Positions 17,396-25,281 of a DNA stretch of 42,602 bases are shown piece after piece. The notes below the pieces were generated by a model. It was given only the letters and a program-made list of their open reading frames with translations, was not told where the DNA came from and searched no databases. A program made the translations under genes and the position numbers. Numbering within the stretch: position 1 is the stretch's first letter; every line of letters begins with the position of its first letter. The DNA is from Planctomycetota bacterium (GTDB taxonomy: Bacteria; Planctomycetota; Planctomycetia; Pirellulales; UBA1268): positions 1 through 42,602 of the forward strand of contig JBAXOU010000003.1 in the NCBI GenBank assembly GCA_037133115.1, in the 5' to 3' direction.

Positions 17396-20300
17396 TCACG
17401 GCTCCGCGACGACGTAGACCAGCCGTCCCTGCGTGTCCCCGGCCTCGAAGACGAGGGTCTCCCCTTCGCGGCGCGACGCGACCGCGGTGCCGCGGCTGCC
17501 AGGCTTGGGCCCTTCCGTCCACAGCGCCGCCCTTGGCGGCAGCCCCACGGCGGGCACGCGGACCGTGCCCGCGCCCTGCGCCAGGATCAGGAACAGCGCG
17601 CCTCCCTCGACCATGCGATCCCCAGGCACCGGCCCGAAGGCGAGTTGCGCGAGCGGCTGGTCGGCCAGGCGGGTCTCGACGCCGTCGATCGTGATGCCGG
17701 CGGTGTTGCGCCCCGCGAAAGACTCGAGCATTCCGTCGGCGGCAGTGCGGAAGCTGACGGTGCCGTCGCCGGCATAGGTCACGCGACGGCCATTCACGCG
17801 GAAGTCGGCGAGTTCGAGCCGCTCGCTCGGCGGAGGCACGCGGGCGAGATAGGCCTGGTCTTCCGCTGCGTTGCGGGCAAACCCGCCGGGCCAGTCTTCG
17901 AGCACGTTGCGCAGGTGCGGCGCGATCGAGATCGCACCGTTGGGAAAGCGGCAGGCCAGGTGGGGCCCGGTGCGGGAGAGATGTTCCGTCTGGTCGTTGT
18001 GGTCCGGGAAGGCGTTGGTGGGTGAGTAGGCCCCGAGGGACCGCAACACGTGGAACCAGGTTGCGACATCCTGCCCCAGGCTCGCCGACTGATCATCGCG
18101 CGGCCGCATGCCCAGGGCGAGCGTCTGGCCGCCACCGGGGTGCGTGCGGTGCACGCCCACCACGTCGTTCAAGAGCCGCGCCGCCACGGCGCTCTCCGCC
18201 CGCGGCACGAGCGGGTGCACGCGGTCCACGAGGAAATGCGTGAGCACGGCCTGCGGCAGGACGTTTCCAAGCACGCCCTCGAAGGCAACCGTTTTTCCGG
18301 GCGCGACGAGGCCACCATCGATCCGGGGGTTGAAGTCGGCCCCCATGAGATCCTGCCACGGGCCTCGGGCATCGCCCCCCTCCCAGGTGCGCAAGGGCGG
18401 CGGCCCCGACCACACCACCCTCCCGCCCTGCGCGACGAGTTCCCGCATCATCGCCAGGAGCCGTTCGCTGGGAAACGGCTCGAAGAGCGCAGCCAGCGTG
18501 GTGAACTTCCGCCCGGCGAGGTGGATCGCCCCGTCGCGCACTTCGCCGAGTGCCGCGAGCTTCTCCTGCGTGATCAGGTTGGCGTAGCCGTATTGCGTCA
18601 TCCAACTGCCAAACCGCTCCTCACTGGCGACGAGATTCAGCGGGTAGAGCATCAGCACATCGACGTCACGGTGCTGCATGTTCTGCACGAGGCCATGCAC
18701 GGTGGAGTTGCCCACGCCGTAGGCGTCGGCCACGGCCTGGCGTCGGCGGTGAAGTTCCCCGGGCATGCCCCAGTGCGCGGCGTAGGCGTAGGGCAATTCG
18801 TTGATGACCCCGAGGCTGCAGGCGAGCGCAAGGCCATAGTAGTTGCGATCGAGCCAGCCTCCCTCGGCGTGGTCGTTGCCGTTGCCCGTGAGGTAGTCGC
18901 CCCATTTAAAATAGTCGGAGCAGGCGGAGGCGGCCTGCTGCACCGTGTTCGACCAGACAAAGTTCGACGTGTATTCGTAGTGGTGCCGCTGGGGGGGCTC
19001 GCCAAGCGTGTCCCAGCGGTCGATGGTGGGGCTCTGCGCCCAGGTGGCATGGGCCCGGGCCTCGAGCCGGTGCCCGACGCGGGCCTCCGCGTGGTGCTTC
19101 GCTTCAGTGAACAGGTCGACCACGGTGTCTTGCAGCAGCCGGTAGTAGCGGGCGCGGAAGAGCGCCGTGTCGGCCACGGCCTCCGGCGTTTCCCCCCACA
19201 CGTGTCCCGCGCCGGCCGTCGCCCCCAGATCGCCGACGAAGTCTTCCTGGCCGTAGGTGAAATAGACGAGCCACTTCGCGAAGTCGCGATACTGCTCGCC
19301 GTAGAGCTCCGCGAAGCGTGCGCCGAGCGCAGGCGTCACGTAGCGCACCGCGAACTCGCCGTGGTCGTGGTGGAAGAAGTAATGCCAGTCCTGCTGGATG
19401 TGCATCTCGTCGCTGTAGAGCCCGTGCAGTTTCACGCCTGCGTCGACGTAGCGGTCCACGAGGCCCGTCAGGAAGGGCAGCGCCTGCGGGCTGAAATAGT
19501 CGAGCTCCGGCGTGCGGTATTGCTGCACCACCAGCACACGGTTGAACCCCGCAAGGTCGGCCCGGCCGCGGCCGTGCACCCGCACCCGCACGGCCTCGAA
19601 CGTGCCGGCTTTGTGGACAAGCCCTTCGAACACCTCGGCCTCCGCCGTCTCGGTGATCTCGACGATCTCATTTGGATCGACGACCTTGTGCGGGGTGCCA
19701 CGCAACTTGCGCTCGCGGAAGGCGAAGACGCGGATCCCGGCATCCTCGAGCGCGACCGGCCCCTTATTATTGGTCCAGCGGCGCTGCCGCCACAGGGCCA
19801 CGCTGTAGGCACCGCTCGTCGTGTCACGAAGGCCCTTGCGGTAGTGCATCCACTGCCCAGACTCGCCCGTGGCCGTGCGAAAGCCGGGGCCGATCTCCAG
19901 GGGGCTCAAGAGGCTCAGTTCGAGGCCGATCCCATACTCCGCGGCGAAGCGGCTGATCGTGCCGATGCGCTCGATGGCGGCGTCGGTGTCGGGCAGGTAG
20001 GCCCGGGGCGCGGCCTCGGTCGGCTGGCGATATTGGCTGAAGAAGTGGTCGTGGGCGAGGATCACCGTGCGGAATCCCGCGGCCCGCGAGCGCTCGCAGA
20101 GTTGCCGAAGAGACTCCACGCAAGGCTCGCCCGTCAGGCTGAGATTCACCGGCTTGTCCGGATCGGTGAGATCGTCGAGTTGCTGATCGTTGACGAGCAC
20201 GAGGTTGGGCTTGCCCAGCTGGAACGCCCACGGGCCGGGGTAGGCGATGAGTTCGCCGGCGTAGCGGAGTTCGGGCACCGGCGCGGCCTGCGCGACGATC

Positions 20301-20470
20301 GCGGTGGCAGCGAGCACAAGCGCCATCAGCGCGCGAAACACTCCGGATGAGGGACACGGCATCGCTGAGGCTCCGGTGACTGGCAGCGTGGATGGGTCGC
20401 GGGGCGGGAACGCCGCTTCGATGCTATCCGGCCGCGATGGAAAAAGGGGAGGCAGCTCATTGATCCACAT
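17396..20470 (-). CDS. Large secreted hypothetical protein, glycoside-hydrolase-like (TIM barrel plus GATase-like domain)
   Basis: 1024-aa ORF with GGGAGG before ATG 20470 (alternative start 20362, followed by a signal-peptide-like ALVLAATAIVAQA). YSDEMH motif; DVLMLYP...LVAQGGRVVWSGPPP resembles the second domain of GH42/GH106-type enzymes. Confidence 0.7.
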   Translation of the reverse strand: MWINELPPLFPSRPDSIEAAFPPRDPSTLPVTGASAMPCPSSGVFRALMALVLAATAIVAQAAPVPELRYAGELIAYPGPWAFQLGKPNLVLVNDQQLDDLTDPDKPVNLSLTGEPCVESLRQLCERSRAAGFRTVILAHDHFFSQYRQPTEAAPRAYLPDTDAAIERIGTISRFAAEYGIGLELSLLSPLEIGPGFRTATGESGQWMHYRKGLRDTTSGAYSVALWRQRRWTNNKGPVALEDAGIRVFAFRERKLRGTPHKVVDPNEIVEITETAEAEVFEGLVHKAGTFEAVRVRVHGRGRADLAGFNRVLVVQQYRTPELDYFSPQALPFLTGLVDRYVDAGVKLHGLYSDEMHIQQDWHYFFHHDHGEFAVRYVTPALGARFAELYGEQYRDFAKWLVYFTYGQEDFVGDLGATAGAGHVWGETPEAVADTALFRARYYRLLQDTVVDLFTEAKHHAEARVGHRLEARAHATWAQSPTIDRWDTLGEPPQRHHYEYTSNFVWSNTVQQAASACSDYFKWGDYLTGNGNDHAEGGWLDRNYYGLALACSLGVINELPYAYAAHWGMPGELHRRRQAVADAYGVGNSTVHGLVQNMQHRDVDVLMLYPLNLVASEERFGSWMTQYGYANLITQEKLAALGEVRDGAIHLAGRKFTTLAALFEPFPSERLLAMMRELVAQGGRVVWSGPPPLRTWEGGDARGPWQDLMGADFNPRIDGGLVAPGKTVAFEGVLGNVLPQAVLTHFLVDRVHPLVPRAESAVAARLLNDVVGVHRTHPGGGQTLALGMRPRDDQSASLGQDVATWFHVLRSLGAYSPTNAFPDHNDQTEHLSRTGPHLACRFPNGAISIAPHLRNVLEDWPGGFARNAAEDQAYLARVPPPSERLELADFRVNGRRVTYAGDGTVSFRTAADGMLESFAGRNTAGITIDGVETRLADQPLAQLAFGPVPGDRMVEGGALFLILAQGAGTVRVPAVGLPPRAALWTEGPKPGSRGTAVASRREGETLVFEAGDTQGRLVYVVAEP

Positions 20471-22475
20471 GAGCGGCCTCCCCTTTTTGGTTGATCCGCA
20501 CGGCTCCGCCTCGCTCGGCCGTGACGTCGATCACGAGGTCGTGCACGTGAATTCCCGTGATCGTGAGCGAGGGCCAGGCCTCGGGCAGCCGAGGGTTGAT
20601 CTCGAAGCCCTCGGGCGTGGGCCGGAACCCCAGAAACCCGTAGAGCATCACCTGCGGCACGAGCACGCTCTCTAAAAACTCCTGATCGAGACCGAGGCCG
20701 CCGGACGGGCCCCCTCCCTGCAGCGTGCCGCGGCCGGGCGTCGCGTAGTAGGGGCGGTAACCGCCCTCGGCCTGCACGTCGCGAAACCAGGCGAGGATCT
20801 CCTGGAGCCGTCGCCAGGCGTCGTCGGGACCGTTCACGTCGAGACGCGCCATGATGTCGTAGTAACTGAAGCCAAGCACGGCGCCGCCGTCCTGCACCTG
20901 GCCACCCCAGGGGATCGATTCCGGCCGGCTCCAAGCCCACACATAGGTCTCGACGTTGCGCCGCGTTGTGGCCCGAGGGCCGAACCGCCAGTGGTAGATG
21001 TCGGCGCCGCGCGAGGTGTCGCCCTCGACCTCCCGCTTGCCGTCGAGCCAGTCGAGGATGCTTCGGGCTTGCTCGGGCGCGGCGAGGCCGGCGTCGATCG
21101 CCTCGAGGTTCAGCATCGTGAAGCCGTAGTCGTAAGCTTTGTCTTCGCTGTCGATCCAACCGACGAAGCGGCCCGTCGCCGGGCTCCAAAATCGGAGCTG
21201 GAACTCCGCGCGGACGGCATCGGCGAGCGCCGTCAGCTCGTCGGCCGAAAACGGGCCGCCGTCGGCGGGAATGCCCCAGGCCGGGTGGGCGGCGATGGCA
21301 CGCTCGAGGTCGGCCATCCGCAGCAGGGCGGTGTGCAGATAAATCGTGGCGTAGGCGTCGTGACCACCGAACGGGAGGAGATCCCAGTAGTTGTTGCCGA
21401 CGCCGAGGCCGAGGCGCGGCTTTGCGCCTCCCTCGGGCAGCAGCTCGAGCCCGCTGCGGCCGTCATGGCCGACCCACCGCACCCACACGTGTTTCTGCTC
21501 GCGGACCGCGAACTCGTTCAGCGTGAAATGGAGTGCCTTCCGCATGCGGCCGATGGTCTGACGGAGGAAGGGGAGGTCGGCCGTCCAGTTGAAGCAATCG
21601 CTGCAGGCCCGGATGAAGAGCGAACCGGTGATCGGATGCCGCGTGTCGATCGCCGTGATCAGCGACTTGAGGTCGATTTCGGCGCCGGCGGCGTGGTCGA
21701 TCACGATCCGATAGTGGGTGAGGATCCCGGCGTATGCAGGCTGGCGGTAGAGTGGCACATTGGCGTAGCGCACGCCGTCTTCGGACGCGAGCCGGGGAAA
21801 CTCGACCCGCCGCTCGGGCAACCACGCAGCCTCGCCTTCCATGAGCCACGACACGGCCGGACGCGACTCTGCCGGTAGACCGCGGGCGGCCCATTCGATC
21901 CTCGCGAAGGGAGCGACGATCGTGCCGCAGCGGAAGGGGGGCGTGGTGATCGTGACGACGTCGCCCGTGGCCTTGAGCATGAGGCCGCGGATGGGATCGA
22001 TCCCCGCCACCGTCGCCCCGTCGATCTCCCAGCCGTCGGTGGAGGCGAGGGGCTCGAGGTTGAACATCTGCATCGCGAACACTTCGTCGTGCTTCGAAAA
22101 ATGGAAGCCCGTGCCGCCGGACTGCTGCCAGGTGGGAAACGGCCAGCCGTCACTGTGGCCGAGGCCGCGAAGCTGCTGCATCGCCACGTAGCCTTCGGCA
22201 TCGATCGGGCGGGCGAGCAGCGCGGCGGCATACCGCTGGCGCGGCCCCGGCCCGGTCCACAGGGTCGAATGCGGCAGCATGCCGTCCCAGAGCGTGCAGT
22301 TGCTGAAAGCCGGCGGCGCGTGGAGGGCGTGCAACAACTCGAGCGACTTCATCGCCTGCTCGTGGCCCGGCACGATGAACCGCGGCAGGTCGTCGGCGGT
22401 CGCGACGCCCGCGGTCAGCATCAGGCAGGCGGCGAGGCACACCGCCTGCCGTTGGGGGAACATGGTGCGCGTCAT
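20457..22475 (-). CDS. Secreted six-hairpin glycosidase-like protein with GH65-like C-terminal domain
   Basis: Signal peptide from ATG 22475; NNYWDLLP, DAYATIYLHTALLRMADL, FWSPATGRF, GFLGFRP...INPRLPEAWPSLTITGI. Confidence 0.72.
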   Translation of the reverse strand: MTRTMFPQRQAVCLAACLMLTAGVATADDLPRFIVPGHEQAMKSLELLHALHAPPAFSNCTLWDGMLPHSTLWTGPGPRQRYAAALLARPIDAEGYVAMQQLRGLGHSDGWPFPTWQQSGGTGFHFSKHDEVFAMQMFNLEPLASTDGWEIDGATVAGIDPIRGLMLKATGDVVTITTPPFRCGTIVAPFARIEWAARGLPAESRPAVSWLMEGEAAWLPERRVEFPRLASEDGVRYANVPLYRQPAYAGILTHYRIVIDHAAGAEIDLKSLITAIDTRHPITGSLFIRACSDCFNWTADLPFLRQTIGRMRKALHFTLNEFAVREQKHVWVRWVGHDGRSGLELLPEGGAKPRLGLGVGNNYWDLLPFGGHDAYATIYLHTALLRMADLERAIAAHPAWGIPADGGPFSADELTALADAVRAEFQLRFWSPATGRFVGWIDSEDKAYDYGFTMLNLEAIDAGLAAPEQARSILDWLDGKREVEGDTSRGADIYHWRFGPRATTRRNVETYVWAWSRPESIPWGGQVQDGGAVLGFSYYDIMARLDVNGPDDAWRRLQEILAWFRDVQAEGGYRPYYATPGRGTLQGGGPSGGLGLDQEFLESVLVPQVMLYGFLGFRPTPEGFEINPRLPEAWPSLTITGIHVHDLVIDVTAERGGAVRINQKGEAAHVDQ

Positions 22476-22576
22476 GGTGGGAATGCAGTGGGTTCGGGCA
22501 CGAGCACGATGTCGTGGATCTCCGCGCCGTTTTGGATCGTGAGGGAAAGACCGGACTGGTCGGGGTGCCGATAGCG
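22472..22576 (-). pseudogene. C-terminal remnant of a carboxypeptidase-regulatory-like lipoprotein (DUF1559 partner type)
   Basis: RYRHPDQSGLSLTIQNGAEIHDIVLVPEPTAFPP*; the stop overlaps the next ATG (ATGA); pattern parallels the KYNKRSTLTAEVKPGRNTFDFPL tail of the intact gene at 30412. Confidence 0.5.
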
Positions 22577-22695
22577 ATCGCCCCCGGCTCGTCGGCGGGG
22601 AGTGCGCCGCCGATCGGCCTGTCCAGCGACACAAGCGGGCTCGCCGCTCGACCTCCGGCTCCACGGTCAGCGGCGACACTCCTGGGGCGCGCGAC

Positions 22696-25095
22696 TCATG
22701 GGCCGGCCGGCCCGTCGTCGCGCGGCCGGATCACCACCTTGCCGAGGCGGCCGTTGAACGCGAACGGCATTCGGTCGACGTACTCCTCGACGACAGGCGT
22801 CCCGGTGTCCCGCCCCACGTCGAAGGTCTCGTCGAGCGAGATTCGCAGCGGGATCGTCTTCTCGATCCGTCCCGCGGCGACCTGCTTCCCGTCGACCGAC
22901 AGCGTGCCGGTGCCGGCCTTGCCCATTCCCGGCCCCTCGTAGGCGAAGTCGAAGACGATGGTGTGCTTGCCGGGAGGAAGCCTTTCCGCGGAGGCCACGC
23001 GGTACTTGTGCTGCTTCTGGTTGGAGTACGCATGGACGAACTCCGGCTTGCCGTCGATGACGAGGAGTCCCCAGCCGCCGAAGCGCCCGCCCTGCGTGAC
23101 AAGAACCCCCTCCGCGCCGCCCGGGGGAATCTCGACCTCGGCGGAGACGGCATAGGACCGGTTCTTGAGATCCGGCGCTGAACCCTCGGGCACGCGGAAC
23201 GTGCCGGGATAGTAGGTGAACGTGTCCCGGCCCCGAGTCAGGCTCGGGCGGATACGGACATCGGCCCGCTCGGCGAACGTCGAGTCGAGGGGAAACACGT
23301 CGTACTTGCGGGCCTCGACGTCGAACAACGCCTTGAGCTCCGCCAGCTTCTCCGGGTGTTTCGCGGCCAGGTTGTCGGCCTGCGAAAAGTCGTCGGCCAC
23401 GTGGTACAGCTCCCACTCGAAATCCTCCGGGTGGGTGACGAGGCCGGGAGGCGCCCAGGGAAGCTTCTTCGGGGCGGTGTTAGCGAGCCAGCCGTCGTGG
23501 TAGATGCCGCGGTTGGCGATCAGCTCGAAATACTGCGTGGTGTGCCGCTCCGGAACGCGGGGATCGGCGAAGGAGTAGACCATGCTGGTGCCCTCGATCG
23601 GCGTCTGCGCCACGCCGTTGATGATGGTCGGTTCCGCGACGCCGGCCGCCTCGAGGATGGTGGGGGCGATGTCGATCACGTGGCAGAACTGCGGGCGGAT
23701 CCCGCCGGCCTGCTGCATCCTGGACGGCCAGGAAATGACCAGCCCGTTCCGCGTGCCACCGAAGTGGGAGGCCACCTGCTTCGTCCACTGGAACGGCGCG
23801 CACATGGCGTGCGCCCAGCCGACGGGATAGTGGTTGTAGGTCAGGGGCCCGCCGATCTCGTCCATCATCGAAAGGACGTACTCCTCGGTCTCCTGCACGC
23901 CGTTGGCGGCCACACCCACCTCGTTCAGCACCCCCTGCAGGGTTCCCTCGGCGCTGGCGCCGTTGTCCCCCTGGATGTAGATGATCAGCGTGTTGTCGAG
24001 TTCTCCCGTGTCGGCGACCGCGTCGATGACGCGGGCGATGTTGGAGTCGCAGTAGGCGAGGCAGGCGGCGTAGCTCTCCATCATCCGGGCATAAAGCTTC
24101 CGCTGGTTGGCCGTGAGCGAATCCCAGGCGGGGATTTCCTTCGGTCGCGGCGTGAGCTTCGTGCCGGGTGGCACCACGCCCAGCTGGATCTGCCTGGCGA
24201 GCGTCTCCTCGCGGACCTTGTCCCACCCCTGGTCGAACGTGCCCTTGAACCTGGCGATCCAGTCCTTCGGCGCGTGGTGCGGCGCGTGGCACAGGCCGGG
24301 CGTGTAGTAGGCGAAGAAGGGCTTGTTCGGGGCGAGCGAATGCTGCTCGCGGATCCAGGCCACCGCCCTGTCGGCCAGATCGGCATCGAGGTGGTAGTCC
24401 TGGGCGTCGTGCGGCGGCTCGACCGGCTTCGTGCCGTCGAAGATCGCCGGGTGCCACTGGTCGGTATCACCGCCGAGAAAGCCGTAGAAGTGCTCGAAGC
24501 CGAGCCCGGTCGGCCAGAGGTCGAAGGGCCCGGCCTGGCTGGAATGCCAGTCGGGCACGTTGTGGTTCTTGCCGAACCAGGCGGTGTTCCAGCCGTTCTG
24601 CTTGAGGATCTCCCCGACGGTGCCGCACTTCTTCGACATCAGCGTGTTGTAGCCCGGATAGCCCGTCCCCATTTCCGTGATGGCGCCGGTGCCGCAGGTG
24701 TGATGGTTGCGGCCGGTGATCAGCGCCGCCCGCGTGGGCGAACAGAGGGCCGTGGTGTGGAAGCGGTTGTACCGCAGGCCCCGCTTCGCGAGGGCATCGA
24801 AGGCCGGCGTGGGGATTGGCCCGCCAAACGTGGACGACGCGCCGAATCCCACGTCGTCGGTCATGATCAGGAGCACGTTCGGCGCCGCCTGCGGCGCGGC
24901 GAACTCTCGGGGGAAGTCGGGCGTGGACTCCGCGGTCGTGCGGCCGATCGTGCCGTTGAACGGCGGCTCCGGACGCGGCAGGACCGTTCCGGCCGGCGCC
25001 GATGCCTGCTGCCCGTGGCACGGGCTGCACAACGGCACCGAGCCAACGAGGCAGACGGCGACTATGACGATCGATCCTGCATGCCGCGCGGTCAT
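22696..25095 (-). CDS. Arylsulfatase, formylglycine-dependent family S1 (Cys type)
   Basis: PNVLLIMTDDVG, LCSPTRAALITGR, GKNH, GDNG, YELYH-like WELYHVADD; signal peptide; LamG-like C-terminal extension. Confidence 0.95.
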   Translation of the reverse strand: MTARHAGSIVIVAVCLVGSVPLCSPCHGQQASAPAGTVLPRPEPPFNGTIGRTTAESTPDFPREFAAPQAAPNVLLIMTDDVGFGASSTFGGPIPTPAFDALAKRGLRYNRFHTTALCSPTRAALITGRNHHTCGTGAITEMGTGYPGYNTLMSKKCGTVGEILKQNGWNTAWFGKNHNVPDWHSSQAGPFDLWPTGLGFEHFYGFLGGDTDQWHPAIFDGTKPVEPPHDAQDYHLDADLADRAVAWIREQHSLAPNKPFFAYYTPGLCHAPHHAPKDWIARFKGTFDQGWDKVREETLARQIQLGVVPPGTKLTPRPKEIPAWDSLTANQRKLYARMMESYAACLAYCDSNIARVIDAVADTGELDNTLIIYIQGDNGASAEGTLQGVLNEVGVAANGVQETEEYVLSMMDEIGGPLTYNHYPVGWAHAMCAPFQWTKQVASHFGGTRNGLVISWPSRMQQAGGIRPQFCHVIDIAPTILEAAGVAEPTIINGVAQTPIEGTSMVYSFADPRVPERHTTQYFELIANRGIYHDGWLANTAPKKLPWAPPGLVTHPEDFEWELYHVADDFSQADNLAAKHPEKLAELKALFDVEARKYDVFPLDSTFAERADVRIRPSLTRGRDTFTYYPGTFRVPEGSAPDLKNRSYAVSAEVEIPPGGAEGVLVTQGGRFGGWGLLVIDGKPEFVHAYSNQKQHKYRVASAERLPPGKHTIVFDFAYEGPGMGKAGTGTLSVDGKQVAAGRIEKTIPLRISLDETFDVGRDTGTPVVEEYVDRMPFAFNGRLGKVVIRPRDDGPAGP

Positions 25096-25187
25096 GACGA
25101 GCTTTCCTCCAGGGTCTGGTTCACGAGTCTGACAAGATAGCCGATCCGGCGATCCACGGCAGCGCGCGGGCGATCCAGGACCGAGCC

Positions 25188-25236
25188 GCTCATCAGTTCA
25201 ACAATCGTTGCGGAAGTGCCATTGGCCGGGCTATCC
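25188..25236 (+). mobile_element. Putative IS91/ISCR-family oriIS-like end, copy 3
   Basis: 27-nt core GCGGAAGTGCCATTGGCCGGGCTATCC (25210-25236) identical to 265-291; lies between the divergent sulfatase and fucosidase-like genes. Confidence 0.55.
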
Positions 25237-25281
25237 TCCAAGCCACGAGGGCAATAGTCATACGATCTTCGCTGCGGATGC

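Noticed and set aside
22480-22505. PEP-CTERM signal in VLVPEPTAF
   Set aside because: No transmembrane helix or basic cluster follows; the frame stops after a few codons.
25188-25236. Fluoride riboswitch (GGCCAATGGCACTTCCGC...CTGATGA on the minus strand)
   Set aside because: The pseudoknot complement after CTGATGA is absent, the element is not kept in the other copies, and downstream genes are not fluoride-related.
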